From: Ostreococcus tauri
Taxonomy: Eukaryota
Reading direction: 5' to 3'
Assembly: GCA_000214015.2 (NCBI GenBank)
Contig: CAID01000006.2
Coordinates: 601,885 to 613,042, forward strand
Length of the DNA stretch: 11,158 nt
The first letter of the stretch is position 1, and every line of letters begins with the position of its first letter. A program made the position numbers and the translations under genes. This document shows positions 1 through 7,404 of the stretch, piece after piece. The notes below the pieces were generated by a model. It did no database searches and was not told where the DNA came from. It worked only from the letters and a program-made list of their open reading frames with translations.

Positions 1-1
1 G

Positions 2-529
2 GGGCAGTCCGACGTCTTGGTCGAGGCGCTGACTCCGGATTTCCGAGGCGAGAAGCACCTGGTCGAGCTCGTTGCGTCTTCTGGTTTGGACGTGTACGCG
101 CACAACGTCGAGACGGTTCCGGAACTTCAGGCGGACGTGCGCGACCGCCGGGCGAACTGGGATCAATCCATCGAAGTGCTGAAGCACGCGAAAAAATCAG
201 GCGCGAAGATCACGAAGACGTCCATCATGCTCGGTCTCGGTGAGACGCACGACCAAGTCATCAACGCTCTCAAGTTGCTCCGCGAGGCTGACGTGGACGT
301 CGTGACTTTTGGACAGTACATGCGACCGACGAAGAAGCACCTTGCCGTGGTCGAGTACATCACTCCCGAGGCGTTCAAGCGCTACCAAGAAATCGCGGAG
401 GGCATGGGTTTCTTGTACGTCGCGTCCGGAGCCATGGTTCGCTCTTCTTACAAGGCGGGTGAATTTTTCCTCGCGAACGTCATCAAGGAGCGCAAGGCAA
501 AGGAGGGCGCTACCGCTTCGGCGTCGTGA
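2..529 (+). CDS. lipA: Lipoyl synthase, C-terminal ~175 aa (5' end lies upstream of the window)
   Basis: The frame is open from the window edge ([16 protein letters not shown]...) to TGA at 527-529. The translation shows typical radical-SAM lipoyl synthase C-terminal blocks: [38 protein letters not shown], and the RSSY motif ([13 protein letters not shown]) near the end. Confidence 0.93.
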   Translation, partial: GQSDVLVEALTPDFRGEKHLVELVASSGLDVYAHNVETVPELQADVRDRRANWDQSIEVLKHAKKSGAKITKTSIMLGLGETHDQVINALKLLREADVDVVTFGQYMRPTKKHLAVVEYITPEAFKRYQEIAEGMGFLYVASGAMVRSSYKAGEFFLANVIKERKAKEGATASAS

Positions 530-537
530 TTGACAGC

Positions 538-1422
538 TTAGTATATTCTTTGGCGCGCGATGTGACAGATGAGTTCGCTGGTGTCGTCAATGTAGTACGT
601 CTCACGAATCTTGATCGTCAGGAGTAGAATCTTAAACGTGTATTCCATAACCCAAGAGCTCCACTCTTTCTCCGTACCTCGACCTTTATACGTCGGCCCA
701 GTTGTCGTCATCTTTGTGTACTTGCTCAGCGTACCACTGTCGCCGCGAGCGCTCGACATGCGTAGACGCTGAGACATTCGTTTGACTGAATCACACAGGC
801 TCACCATCACCTCGTCCTTGCCCTGAAAGAAATCTCCGTGAATATTCATGTAATCCACGTCGCGGCTAAACAAGGATGCAATCTCTTCGCGGAGCGCCCA
901 GTTGAAATCTTGCGAGACGATCGCGTCGCCGAAAGCCTTGGAGACGATTTTGGGAGCCTCTGGGATTTCTCGCGCGGTCATGCGGTTCGAGGCGTCGAAG
1001 GGCTTCGGTAAAACGACCGGTAAATTTTTGAGTTGCTGAAACGTCCGCTCTGTCTCGTCGTCCACCTTTCCCGCGTCGACGATTTTCTTCGTCGCATCTC
1101 GCACGGCTCTGCTCTGCGACCGAAGCGCCTCGAACACGCCAGGATATAACTCCTCCGACTTCTTGCGCGACAATTTACGCTTCACCTCCCGCGCCGGCTT
1201 CGCGTCGATATCGAGCGGGTCGAACTTGGCGGCGACGCGCGCCGCGTCCGCCTCGAGCGCCGACTTCATCTCTTCCCCCGAGTCCTCCACCGCGCTCACG
1301 GTGCGCGAGACCACGCGTCCACGCTCCATCGTCTCCCCACCCCGTCCCATCGCCCGCGCGCGCGCGCCATCGCCCGCGACGTCCTCCTCGACCACCCGTC
1401 TCGCGCTCGCGCACTGCCCCAT
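538..1422 (-). CDS. Hypothetical 294-aa protein of unrecognised family with an N-terminal MGQCAS dual-acylation-like motif
   Basis: This is the lower part of the 640-aa minus ORF. From the ATG at 1422-1420 (MGQCASARR...) the translation has diverse, globular-looking composition (DFNWALREEIASLFSRDVDYMNIHGDFFQGKDEVMV...WSSWVMEYTFKILLLTIKIRETYYIDD). Upstream of it the same frame is R/A/G/H junk antisense to the phosphatase gene. Stop TAA at 540-538. The start is inferred; other in-frame Met codons lie downstream (MERGR, MKSALE). Confidence 0.7.
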   Translation of the reverse strand: MGQCASARRVVEEDVAGDGARARAMGRGGETMERGRVVSRTVSAVEDSGEEMKSALEADAARVAAKFDPLDIDAKPAREVKRKLSRKKSEELYPGVFEALRSQSRAVRDATKKIVDAGKVDDETERTFQQLKNLPVVLPKPFDASNRMTAREIPEAPKIVSKAFGDAIVSQDFNWALREEIASLFSRDVDYMNIHGDFFQGKDEVMVSLCDSVKRMSQRLRMSSARGDSGTLSKYTKMTTTGPTYKGRGTEKEWSSWVMEYTFKILLLTIKIRETYYIDDTSELICHIARQRIY

Positions 1423-1836
1423 GTCGTCGATCCGTATCCACCGACCCCTTTCCGCGCGCCCGAACCCGTCGAACCGCGCGTCGACGCGCGCGCGCGCGCG
1501 ACCGTCGCGCCCGTTCGTTCGCGCGCCCGCGACGCCGCTCTCGCGCGCGCCCGTCGCGCACTCGCGCCTCGGGAACCTCGGGAAGACGAAACGTCGCGTC
1601 ATCGCACAAAAAAAAACGCGTAAACCGCAACACCCTCGACGCGTCGAGCGCGCATCGCGCGACGCGCGTCCACACGCGCGCGCGCGACGACCCGCGCGCG
1701 CCGAGCGACGGGCGAGACCGCGCGCATGCGCATCGAGCTCGCGGCCGAGGCCTACGTCGCCGTCGCCGCGCTCGTCGACCGCGAACTCGACCGCGCGACA
1801 CGCGTGTCGCGGTGTGGGCCGCGGACGCGTCGAGCG
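1423..1836. promoter_or_regulatory. Divergent intergenic region (putative bidirectional promoter) between the 538-1422(-) and 1837-2427(+) genes
   Basis: Head-to-head gene arrangement. The region contains (CG)8 at 1485-1500, (CG)6 at 1675-1686, an A9 tract at 1608-1616, and a 14-bp perfect palindrome ctcgacgcgtcgag at 1635-1648. The 13-mer gacgcgtcgagcg occurs at 1638-1650 and 1824-1836. No transcription start can be read from sequence alone. Confidence 0.35.
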
Positions 1837-2427
1837 ATGGACGAGACGTCGTCGAGCGCGAAGGCGACGCGCGACGCCAAGGTGCGCGCGTTGTTCACCG
1901 CCCTGCTCACGGCGCGATCGGTGCGAGAGGACGCGACCGCGGTGGAGGTGACCGAGGGCGTGTACGTCGGGAGCGTGGGCGCGGCGCGAAACGCGCGGGA
2001 GCTGCGACGAATGGGGGTCACGCACGTCCTGGCGGTGTGCGACGGCGCGCCGGCGTTTAGCGATGACGAGGGGAATGGGTTTATCAGGGCGACGCGCGCG
2101 GTGAAGGACTCGCCGGAGGCGCCGATAGAGGAGACGTTTGATTTCTGTTACGATTTCATTAGAGACGCTCGCGCGAGCGGCGGACGCGTCTTGGTGCACT
2201 GCTTCCAGGGTAAGAGCCGAAGCGCGACCATCTGCGCGATGTACATGATGCGGTCGCTCGGGATGTCCTACGACGAGGCGTTGGAGAAGATTCGCGCGGT
2301 GCGTCCGTGCGCGCGGCCGAATTCGGGATTCGAGAAGCGACTCAGAGCGCTCGAAAAAGCGCTCGCGGAGCGCGCGCGAGACGGCTCGCCGAGTAAGCGG
2401 CGTCGCCGTAGTCCCGAGATCGCGTAG
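1837..2427 (+). CDS. Dual-specificity protein phosphatase (DSP/MKP-like catalytic domain)
   Basis: The Cys-phosphatase signature VHCFQGKSRSAT has its HCX5R at 2197-2220. Upstream lie the general-acid region AVKDSPEAP and the motif GVTHVLAV; downstream is the typical PNSGF block. Stop TAG at 2425-2427. The start is placed at ATG 1837 (G at -3 and +4). An in-frame ATG at 1726 would add 37 aa and cannot be excluded. Confidence 0.88.
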   Translation: MDETSSSAKATRDAKVRALFTALLTARSVREDATAVEVTEGVYVGSVGAARNARELRRMGVTHVLAVCDGAPAFSDDEGNGFIRATRAVKDSPEAPIEETFDFCYDFIRDARASGGRVLVHCFQGKSRSATICAMYMMRSLGMSYDEALEKIRAVRPCARPNSGFEKRLRALEKALAERARDGSPSKRRRRSPEIA

Positions 2428-2620
2428 CGAACCGGCGGCGGGCCGTATGTACATAAACATTCATTCAGCACCACTCATCGTCGTCAAAGCGAGCATCCGT
2501 ACGATTCGTCGACGCGTTCGCGTCCGCGTCCCGCCGTCCGCTTCGCCGCGCATCAAACGCGCGCGCTTAGATCACCCACACTTCGCCCCTCGGGCGCGTC
2601 AACGCCCGAACGAACGCGCG

Positions 2621-5389
2621 ATGCCGAACATGCGCACCCCGGATCCACCACCGAACGGTCCCGTGTCCCCGTTCGTCGACGCGTCGCCCGAGTTTGAGCG
2701 AAGAAACGAATCACAAGATTATTTCGAAGACGATGACATTCGAGACGCGATCGTCGGTAACTCGCCCGCGCGCGACGTCTTTCGCTCGCCGGTGAAGCGA
2801 TGGAGCGATGTGCCGTCACCCTCGAGATCGGACGTCGAGATCGAGCGCATGCGGTCGGAGGTGAGCGCGAACAGGGCGTACGTCGCGGAGCTCGAGCGAA
2901 GAGTCCAGAGCGCCGAGCGCGAGCGGGACGACGCGAGGGAGGCGGCGTCGGCGCGAGAGCGAGCGATGAACGAAAGAGCGAAGAAGACGCAGGAGCAGAA
3001 CGTGAAGAGAGAGCGGGAGTTCGCTGCGAGGGAGTTGGATCTGGAGGCGAGGGAGCGAGAGGTCGCGCGGGCGGAGGCGGAGCGGGCGAGCGCAAAGCGA
3101 AGAGAGACGGCGGTGAGCGATCGAGAGGAGCGGCTTCGGATGGACATGGACGAATTGGACGCTCGAGACGAGCGGTTAACGGAGGGAATACTCGAACTCG
3201 AGCGCGAGGGGGAAGCGTTGAGGAGGGAGGCGGCGGCTCTCGAGCGACGTAGGGCAGATATCGCGAACGAGCTCACGGATCGAGAGGTAGACGTTATCAA
3301 GCGAGAGGAGAGCGTGGCCGTGCGCGAGCGCGAGATGAGAGTGGTTGAGGGACACTTGAACACTCTGAAGGAACGCGCGGTGGATGAGGAGGCTCGATTG
3401 ACGCGCGCGATCGAGCGAGCGGACGCGGCAGAATCTCGAGAGGCGGACGTCGCTCGGCGCATTCGTGAACTCGACGGCGACGAGCAGCGCGCTCGAGTGA
3501 GCATCAGGGAAGCGCAGAGTGATTTAGCGCGGTGCGTTGACGCAAAGACACACACGTTGCGAGAGACGGAGTCGTTGAAGAGGGATGTAGATGCTGCTCG
3601 AAACGCTGTGGAGACACTCGAAGCGGAAAAGGCTCGACTTTTCCGGATCATCGCCGACATGCGGACGGAACTAGACGATCGAGAGCGCCAGACCGTAGAC
3701 GCGGCGGAGTTCGCGGCGAATGAGTGTGAGTCTATTGCGGCGGCGTGGGATGAGGTGGAGATCACGCGTCAAGCTTTGGAGCGTCAAGAGAAAATGATCG
3801 AGGAGACTGCGGCGCGGCTTGAGCACAACGTTCAGGCCTACGAGCGCGACTCGACGGCCTTTCGCGAGCGCGAGGAGCTGTATGAACGCAAGGTTCGTGA
3901 TCTCGTTGAACAGGAAGACTTTTTGCGTAAAATTGCGAGAGAAAACGAGGACCGCTCCCGAGACTTGGCGGCTAGGGATACGGCGCTCGCCGAACGACTT
4001 CGTCGCCTGGAATCTGGCGAGGCGGAAATCACTGAGTGGAGGCCGAAGATTGCGGCTTATATGGCGAAGGAGACCTTCATACGGGAAAACATCGAGGCGA
4101 TTGAAACTGCACAGACGCAGCTCGCCGATCTGAGCGCGCGCGAGCGTGATATCGAGGCCAAGGAGGCGCAGCTCGAGGCGCGAGAGGAAGCCGTGGCGCA
4201 ACAACTCAGCGCTGTGGCGGAAGCCGAAGTTATACTGAGCGAAGAAAAAGCAAAGTTGGAGCTCAAAATGCTAGAGGTGGCACCGAAAATGACCGCCGTC
4301 GAGCTCGAGCGTGAGGTGACGACATTGAGAGCTGAGTTGGAGCGCACGAAGGCAGCGGCGAACGCCGCAATGGCGAATGCGGACATGGAGCGACGACGAC
4401 GGGAAGAGATGGCCGGCTCGAGCGGCGAAGACGCGCACGCCAGCGAGACGAAACGAAGTCGTGAGGCGATAGAAAACGAAACCGCGGAGTTGCGTCGTGC
4501 AAACGAACTCCTGGACCTGCGCGAGTCCGAGCTCATGTCGCGCGAGAACGCTCTGGCTGACGAGTTTGATCGACTTGAGCGAGAGATGGTTCGCTTCGAA
4601 GACCTTCGTCGATGTGTGGATGACCGAGCTCGGCAAATGCAGTTTAGCGGTGGCATGAGTTCTGTGGACGAAGACGTCGACGACTTCATGACGAGCGAGC
4701 GTGCGGCAGTGATGGAGATTCGTGCAGAGGCGGAACAGTTGCGTCGAACGGCGCGCGAGCACCTTGAAGCGGCGATGGAAGCCTCTCGAGCCGCGCACAC
4801 GATCAACGACGCGTGCGCCGCGAGTGAAAAGGAGGGCATGGCGATTGTTCGCAGGGTCTCCAACATCGTCGCCTCCGCCCTGAGCGTCGCTCGCGCGAAG
4901 GGCGACGAGCTGCGCAAGGCGGCGTCTCAAGGCGTCGATCGTAAGATGGACATGCTAGACGCCCAGCTCGAGTACGTCGCCAAAGCGAAGGCCGATTTGG
5001 ACAGACGAGATGCATCGCTCCGCGCTTCCTCGTTCGAGGCGAACTCGAGGCGTCGCGCGGAGACCGTGGAGAACGCTCAAGAGTTGTCCTCGCGCGCGCG
5101 AGCGTCGCAACTTCGTAAAGACGTGGACGTCGCGAGCGCGAAGCTGCGTGAGAGTCTGGCTCAAGGCGTGAGCGCGCTCGAGCGCGCCGCTGGGGTGTGT
5201 GCACCGGGCGCTCACCTCGCCTTGCGCGCGTCTCTCGATTCGCTCCGCGCGCGCAGCGACCACCTCTCGCGTCCGCCCGTCGAAGACGACGCAGCCGCCC
5301 TCTCCAGCACCCTCGACGCCCTCGAGCGCGAGATCCGAAGAGCGTCCACGTGGTTCGAGGAGCTCCGCGTCGCCGTTCGCGCGCGATAG
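2621..5389 (+). CDS. Long coiled-coil protein (922 aa): Pro/Ser-rich head followed by ~800 aa of Glu/Arg/Ala-rich heptad-like rod
   Basis: Uninterrupted 980-codon ORF. The start is placed at MPNMRTPDPPP (ATG 2621), because 2447-2620 is AT-richer spacer-like sequence beginning only 20 nt after the upstream stop. The rod carries recurring L..RE..L..RE..L motifs (ARELDLEAREREV, LSARERDIEAKEAQLEAREEAV, LDLRESELMSRENAL). An S-P-V-K-R site (2786-2800) sits just before the rod. Stop TAG at 5387-5389. Function is unknown. Confidence 0.85.
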   Translation: MPNMRTPDPPPNGPVSPFVDASPEFERRNESQDYFEDDDIRDAIVGNSPARDVFRSPVKRWSDVPSPSRSDVEIERMRSEVSANRAYVAELERRVQSAERERDDAREAASARERAMNERAKKTQEQNVKREREFAARELDLEAREREVARAEAERASAKRRETAVSDREERLRMDMDELDARDERLTEGILELEREGEALRREAAALERRRADIANELTDREVDVIKREESVAVREREMRVVEGHLNTLKERAVDEEARLTRAIERADAAESREADVARRIRELDGDEQRARVSIREAQSDLARCVDAKTHTLRETESLKRDVDAARNAVETLEAEKARLFRIIADMRTELDDRERQTVDAAEFAANECESIAAAWDEVEITRQALERQEKMIEETAARLEHNVQAYERDSTAFREREELYERKVRDLVEQEDFLRKIARENEDRSRDLAARDTALAERLRRLESGEAEITEWRPKIAAYMAKETFIRENIEAIETAQTQLADLSARERDIEAKEAQLEAREEAVAQQLSAVAEAEVILSEEKAKLELKMLEVAPKMTAVELEREVTTLRAELERTKAAANAAMANADMERRRREEMAGSSGEDAHASETKRSREAIENETAELRRANELLDLRESELMSRENALADEFDRLEREMVRFEDLRRCVDDRARQMQFSGGMSSVDEDVDDFMTSERAAVMEIRAEAEQLRRTAREHLEAAMEASRAAHTINDACAASEKEGMAIVRRVSNIVASALSVARAKGDELRKAASQGVDRKMDMLDAQLEYVAKAKADLDRRDASLRASSFEANSRRRAETVENAQELSSRARASQLRKDVDVASAKLRESLAQGVSALERAAGVCAPGAHLALRASLDSLRARSDHLSRPPVEDDAAALSSTLDALEREIRRASTWFEELRVAVRAR

Positions 5390-5507
5390 CGGTGTATTCG
5401 CGATGTATGTATTCGTTAGGCTAACCGACGCCGAGAGCCATCGCACGCGTCGCACGCCTTCAAACACCGCACTCGTCGTCGCTCCCGCCCGCGGCGTCCG
5501 TCGAACG

Positions 5508-6566
5508 ATGACGGACACGGCGAAGAGCTCGATAGCGGTCCTCGAATCCATCGCGCGGAGAGACGCGGCGCGTAAGGAGCACGAAAGAGCGAGAAAGGAT
5601 GAAAGATTACACTCGAGCGAAGATCCCTCGACCGCGCTCGTCGCGTTCAACGATGCGTGCGCCGAGATCGAGCGCGATATTCAACGCGTTTTGAGCGACG
5701 ATGAGGCGTCGAGGAAATCGAACGTGCGCGAGGAGACGCGGAGAGAGAGTGGATTGGCGGCGCTCGGCGCGGTCAACGCGCGAGCGACGGCGCTCGACGC
5801 GACGACCGGAGAGTTCGGTCGACGGGCGAGCGCGTACGACGTGCGGGTCATGCGACAGCGCATGTGTGATGTCAGGGCCGCGTTGGTCAGGGCGCGAGGG
5901 GTGATCGCGCCGCGTGAGCCGTTTCGGTTCAAGTCGAGAGCGAGCGGGACGCGGCGGGCGAGAAAAGACGGGACGTCGAAGGATGAAGCCGCCGCGGTCG
6001 AGGATACAGACGCAAACGATGACTCTCCGGGGACGAGAGATAGGAAAAATGAGGTCGTGGTCGTGCGCGAGGTGCCGGAAGGGGAGGATTATGTGTTGGA
6101 GCGCTTGGCGGATTGCGACGTCTTCGTACTCGGCGCCGTTCGAGCGCTTCGAGCGCACGATTTGAAGCGATGTCGCGTCTTCATCGTCGCCGTCGCCGGG
6201 AGCGCGCACTTAGAGAATGTTGCAGATTGCGTGTTCTGTCTCGCGACGCGACAGCTCCGCGCGCACGCGGTGCGACGGACGCGTTTTCACGTCCGCGCCG
6301 CGTCGAGACCCATCATCGAGGACTCGCGAGAGGTCGCATTCGCGCCTCTGATGCGTGGGTTCGCGACACAGGCGAACTTCGACGTCATTCGACGCGACGC
6401 AGGTCTTCCGGTCGAGGAGAACGGGATGTGGCGCGAGGTGGATGATTTTCTCTGGCTCAAGGCGAGCGCGTCGCCGCACTGGAGCGCTCTGGACGACGAC
6501 AACGACGAAACAAGAAACGTCGACGAGGCGACTCTGCGCGAGGCATTCGAGCGCTTAGATCTATGA
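5508..6566 (+). CDS. TBCC: Tubulin-folding cofactor C (TBCC / C-CAP cofactor-C-like domain protein), 352 aa
   Basis: The C-terminal half matches the TBCC/RP2 beta-helix pattern: CDVFVLGAVRALRAHDLKRCRVFIVAVAGSAHLENVADCVFCLATRQLRAHAVRRTRFHVRAASRPIIEDSREVAFAP. It contains the QLR(x)H arginine (R codon 6258-6260) and the terminal W.EVDDFLWLKASASPHWSAL block, as in human TBCC (DDFNWL...SPNWS). The start is placed at MTDTAKSS (ATG 5508, A at -3). The ORF-track start 5199 overlaps the previous gene, and ATG 5403 is a less likely alternative. Confidence 0.9.
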   Translation: MTDTAKSSIAVLESIARRDAARKEHERARKDERLHSSEDPSTALVAFNDACAEIERDIQRVLSDDEASRKSNVREETRRESGLAALGAVNARATALDATTGEFGRRASAYDVRVMRQRMCDVRAALVRARGVIAPREPFRFKSRASGTRRARKDGTSKDEAAAVEDTDANDDSPGTRDRKNEVVVVREVPEGEDYVLERLADCDVFVLGAVRALRAHDLKRCRVFIVAVAGSAHLENVADCVFCLATRQLRAHAVRRTRFHVRAASRPIIEDSREVAFAPLMRGFATQANFDVIRRDAGLPVEENGMWREVDDFLWLKASASPHWSALDDDNDETRNVDEATLREAFERLDL

Positions 6567-6680
6567 TATTACTGTCGCTGTGCCTGTGTGTGTAATACAA
6601 GTATTGTTCGCTAGGTAACCGTCCAGAACTGCCCGAACGCCCATCGTCAGTGCTCGTCGCCGTCGGCGACAAACGCGAAC

Positions 6681-7175
6681 TCATTCTCTGCCGCGCGAGC
6701 GCCCGCTCCGATTCCCCTTCGCATCTACACCGAATATATCCTCGCTCAGAATCATCCGAGTGTTGTCGAACGCTCCTCTGGTGGACCCATCGAGTCCCCT
6801 GCCGTGCTCGCGTCCGCCATCCTTGTCAGCGTCCGAGCGCCGTCTCGCACTCGCCTTGTGACTCCCCGTCTGCTCGCCCGGATCCATAAAAAACTCGTCC
6901 TCGCACGCGATCGTGGTCGATATCGCGCGCGCGAACGACACGCTCTTCACAGGTCGCGCACGTCCACCGTCGTCTCTCGCGCTTCCGCTCCGCGCGAGCG
7001 CCATCGCCGGTCCGCGCGCGCTCTCCCCGCCCTCTCTTCTCGCGCTGTCCGATCGCGTGAGCGTCGCGCGCGTCGTCGGCATCGTCCCCGACGTCGACGT
7101 CGCGGCGTCTCCGCGCGCGAGCGCGTCGTCGACCTCGACCACGCTCGAGACGCTCGCGCACGCACACAGCCGCAT
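6681..7175 (-). CDS. Candidate orphan ORF (164 aa), R/G/S/D-rich, unknown function
   Basis: This is the only protein-like frame in the 838-bp gap between TBCC and the oxygenase gene (FDNTRMILSEDIFGVDAKGN, KSVSFARAISTTIACEDEFFMDPGEQ). The overlapping plus frames read as P/S/R/C junk. Its placement is plausible: tail-to-tail with TBCC and head-to-head with the next gene, 229 bp from ATG 7405. No recognisable family, and long open frames arise easily in GC-rich DNA. Confidence 0.35.
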   Translation of the reverse strand: MRLCACASVSSVVEVDDALARGDAATSTSGTMPTTRATLTRSDSARREGGESARGPAMALARSGSARDDGGRARPVKSVSFARAISTTIACEDEFFMDPGEQTGSHKASARRRSDADKDGGREHGRGLDGSTRGAFDNTRMILSEDIFGVDAKGNRSGRSRGRE

Positions 7176-7404
7176 GTCGTCACGAAATCGACGCGCGCGG
7201 CGTCGCTATCGACGCGCTCGCCGCGAGATCGCGGGGTTACAAATACACGAAATTTCTCCGCGCGACGACCAGGTCGGGGGTCGTCCGAGGGCGTCGCGCG
7301 ACGCGCCGTGCGGGCGAGCGTTCTCGGTGAAGCGCTGTCGGCGTTCGCGGCGCCGCACGGCTGGCGCCCCGCACACGCCCGCGCGCGCGTGCGAAGCGGT
7401 GCGC

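Noticed and set aside
1163-1951. ORFs 1163-1951(+) and 1175-1801(-) spanning the divergent intergenic region
   Set aside because: They consist of extreme R/P/S/A or R/G/A low complexity, overlap a better-supported CDS, and cross (CG)n tracts. These are typical stop-free frames in GC-rich DNA.
2205-2212. GGTAAG splice-donor-like hexamer inside the phosphatase gene
   Set aside because: It lies within the codons for the conserved HCFQGKSRS active site, and the frame continues uninterrupted. There is no reason to invoke an intron.
1423-2460. Upper two-thirds of the 640-aa minus ORF (538-2460)
   Set aside because: Its translation is R/A/G/H-rich junk that runs antisense through the well-supported phosphatase gene and the intergenic region. 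Only the part downstream of MGQCAS (1422) looks like a protein.
2447-2620. 58-codon N-terminal extension of the coiled-coil ORF (MYINIHSAPL...)
   Set aside because: It starts 20 nt after the upstream stop in AT-rich spacer-like sequence, and its translation is basic junk. ATG 2621 is a more credible start, though this is unproven.
2719-4930. Long antisense ORFs 2719-3765, 4057-4917 and 4271-4930 opposite the coiled-coil gene
   Set aside because: These are Ser/Arg/Ala-rich mirror frames of GAG/CGC/GCG-rich coiled-coil codons. They have no motifs and lie wholly inside a stronger CDS.
4955-6209. Antisense ORFs 4955-5650 and 5607-6209, and the 5199-5507 extension of the TBCC ORF
   Set aside because: The extension overlaps the 3' end of the coiled-coil CDS in another frame, and its translation is P/S/R-rich. 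The antisense frames lack motifs. TBCC homology begins after MTDTAKSS.
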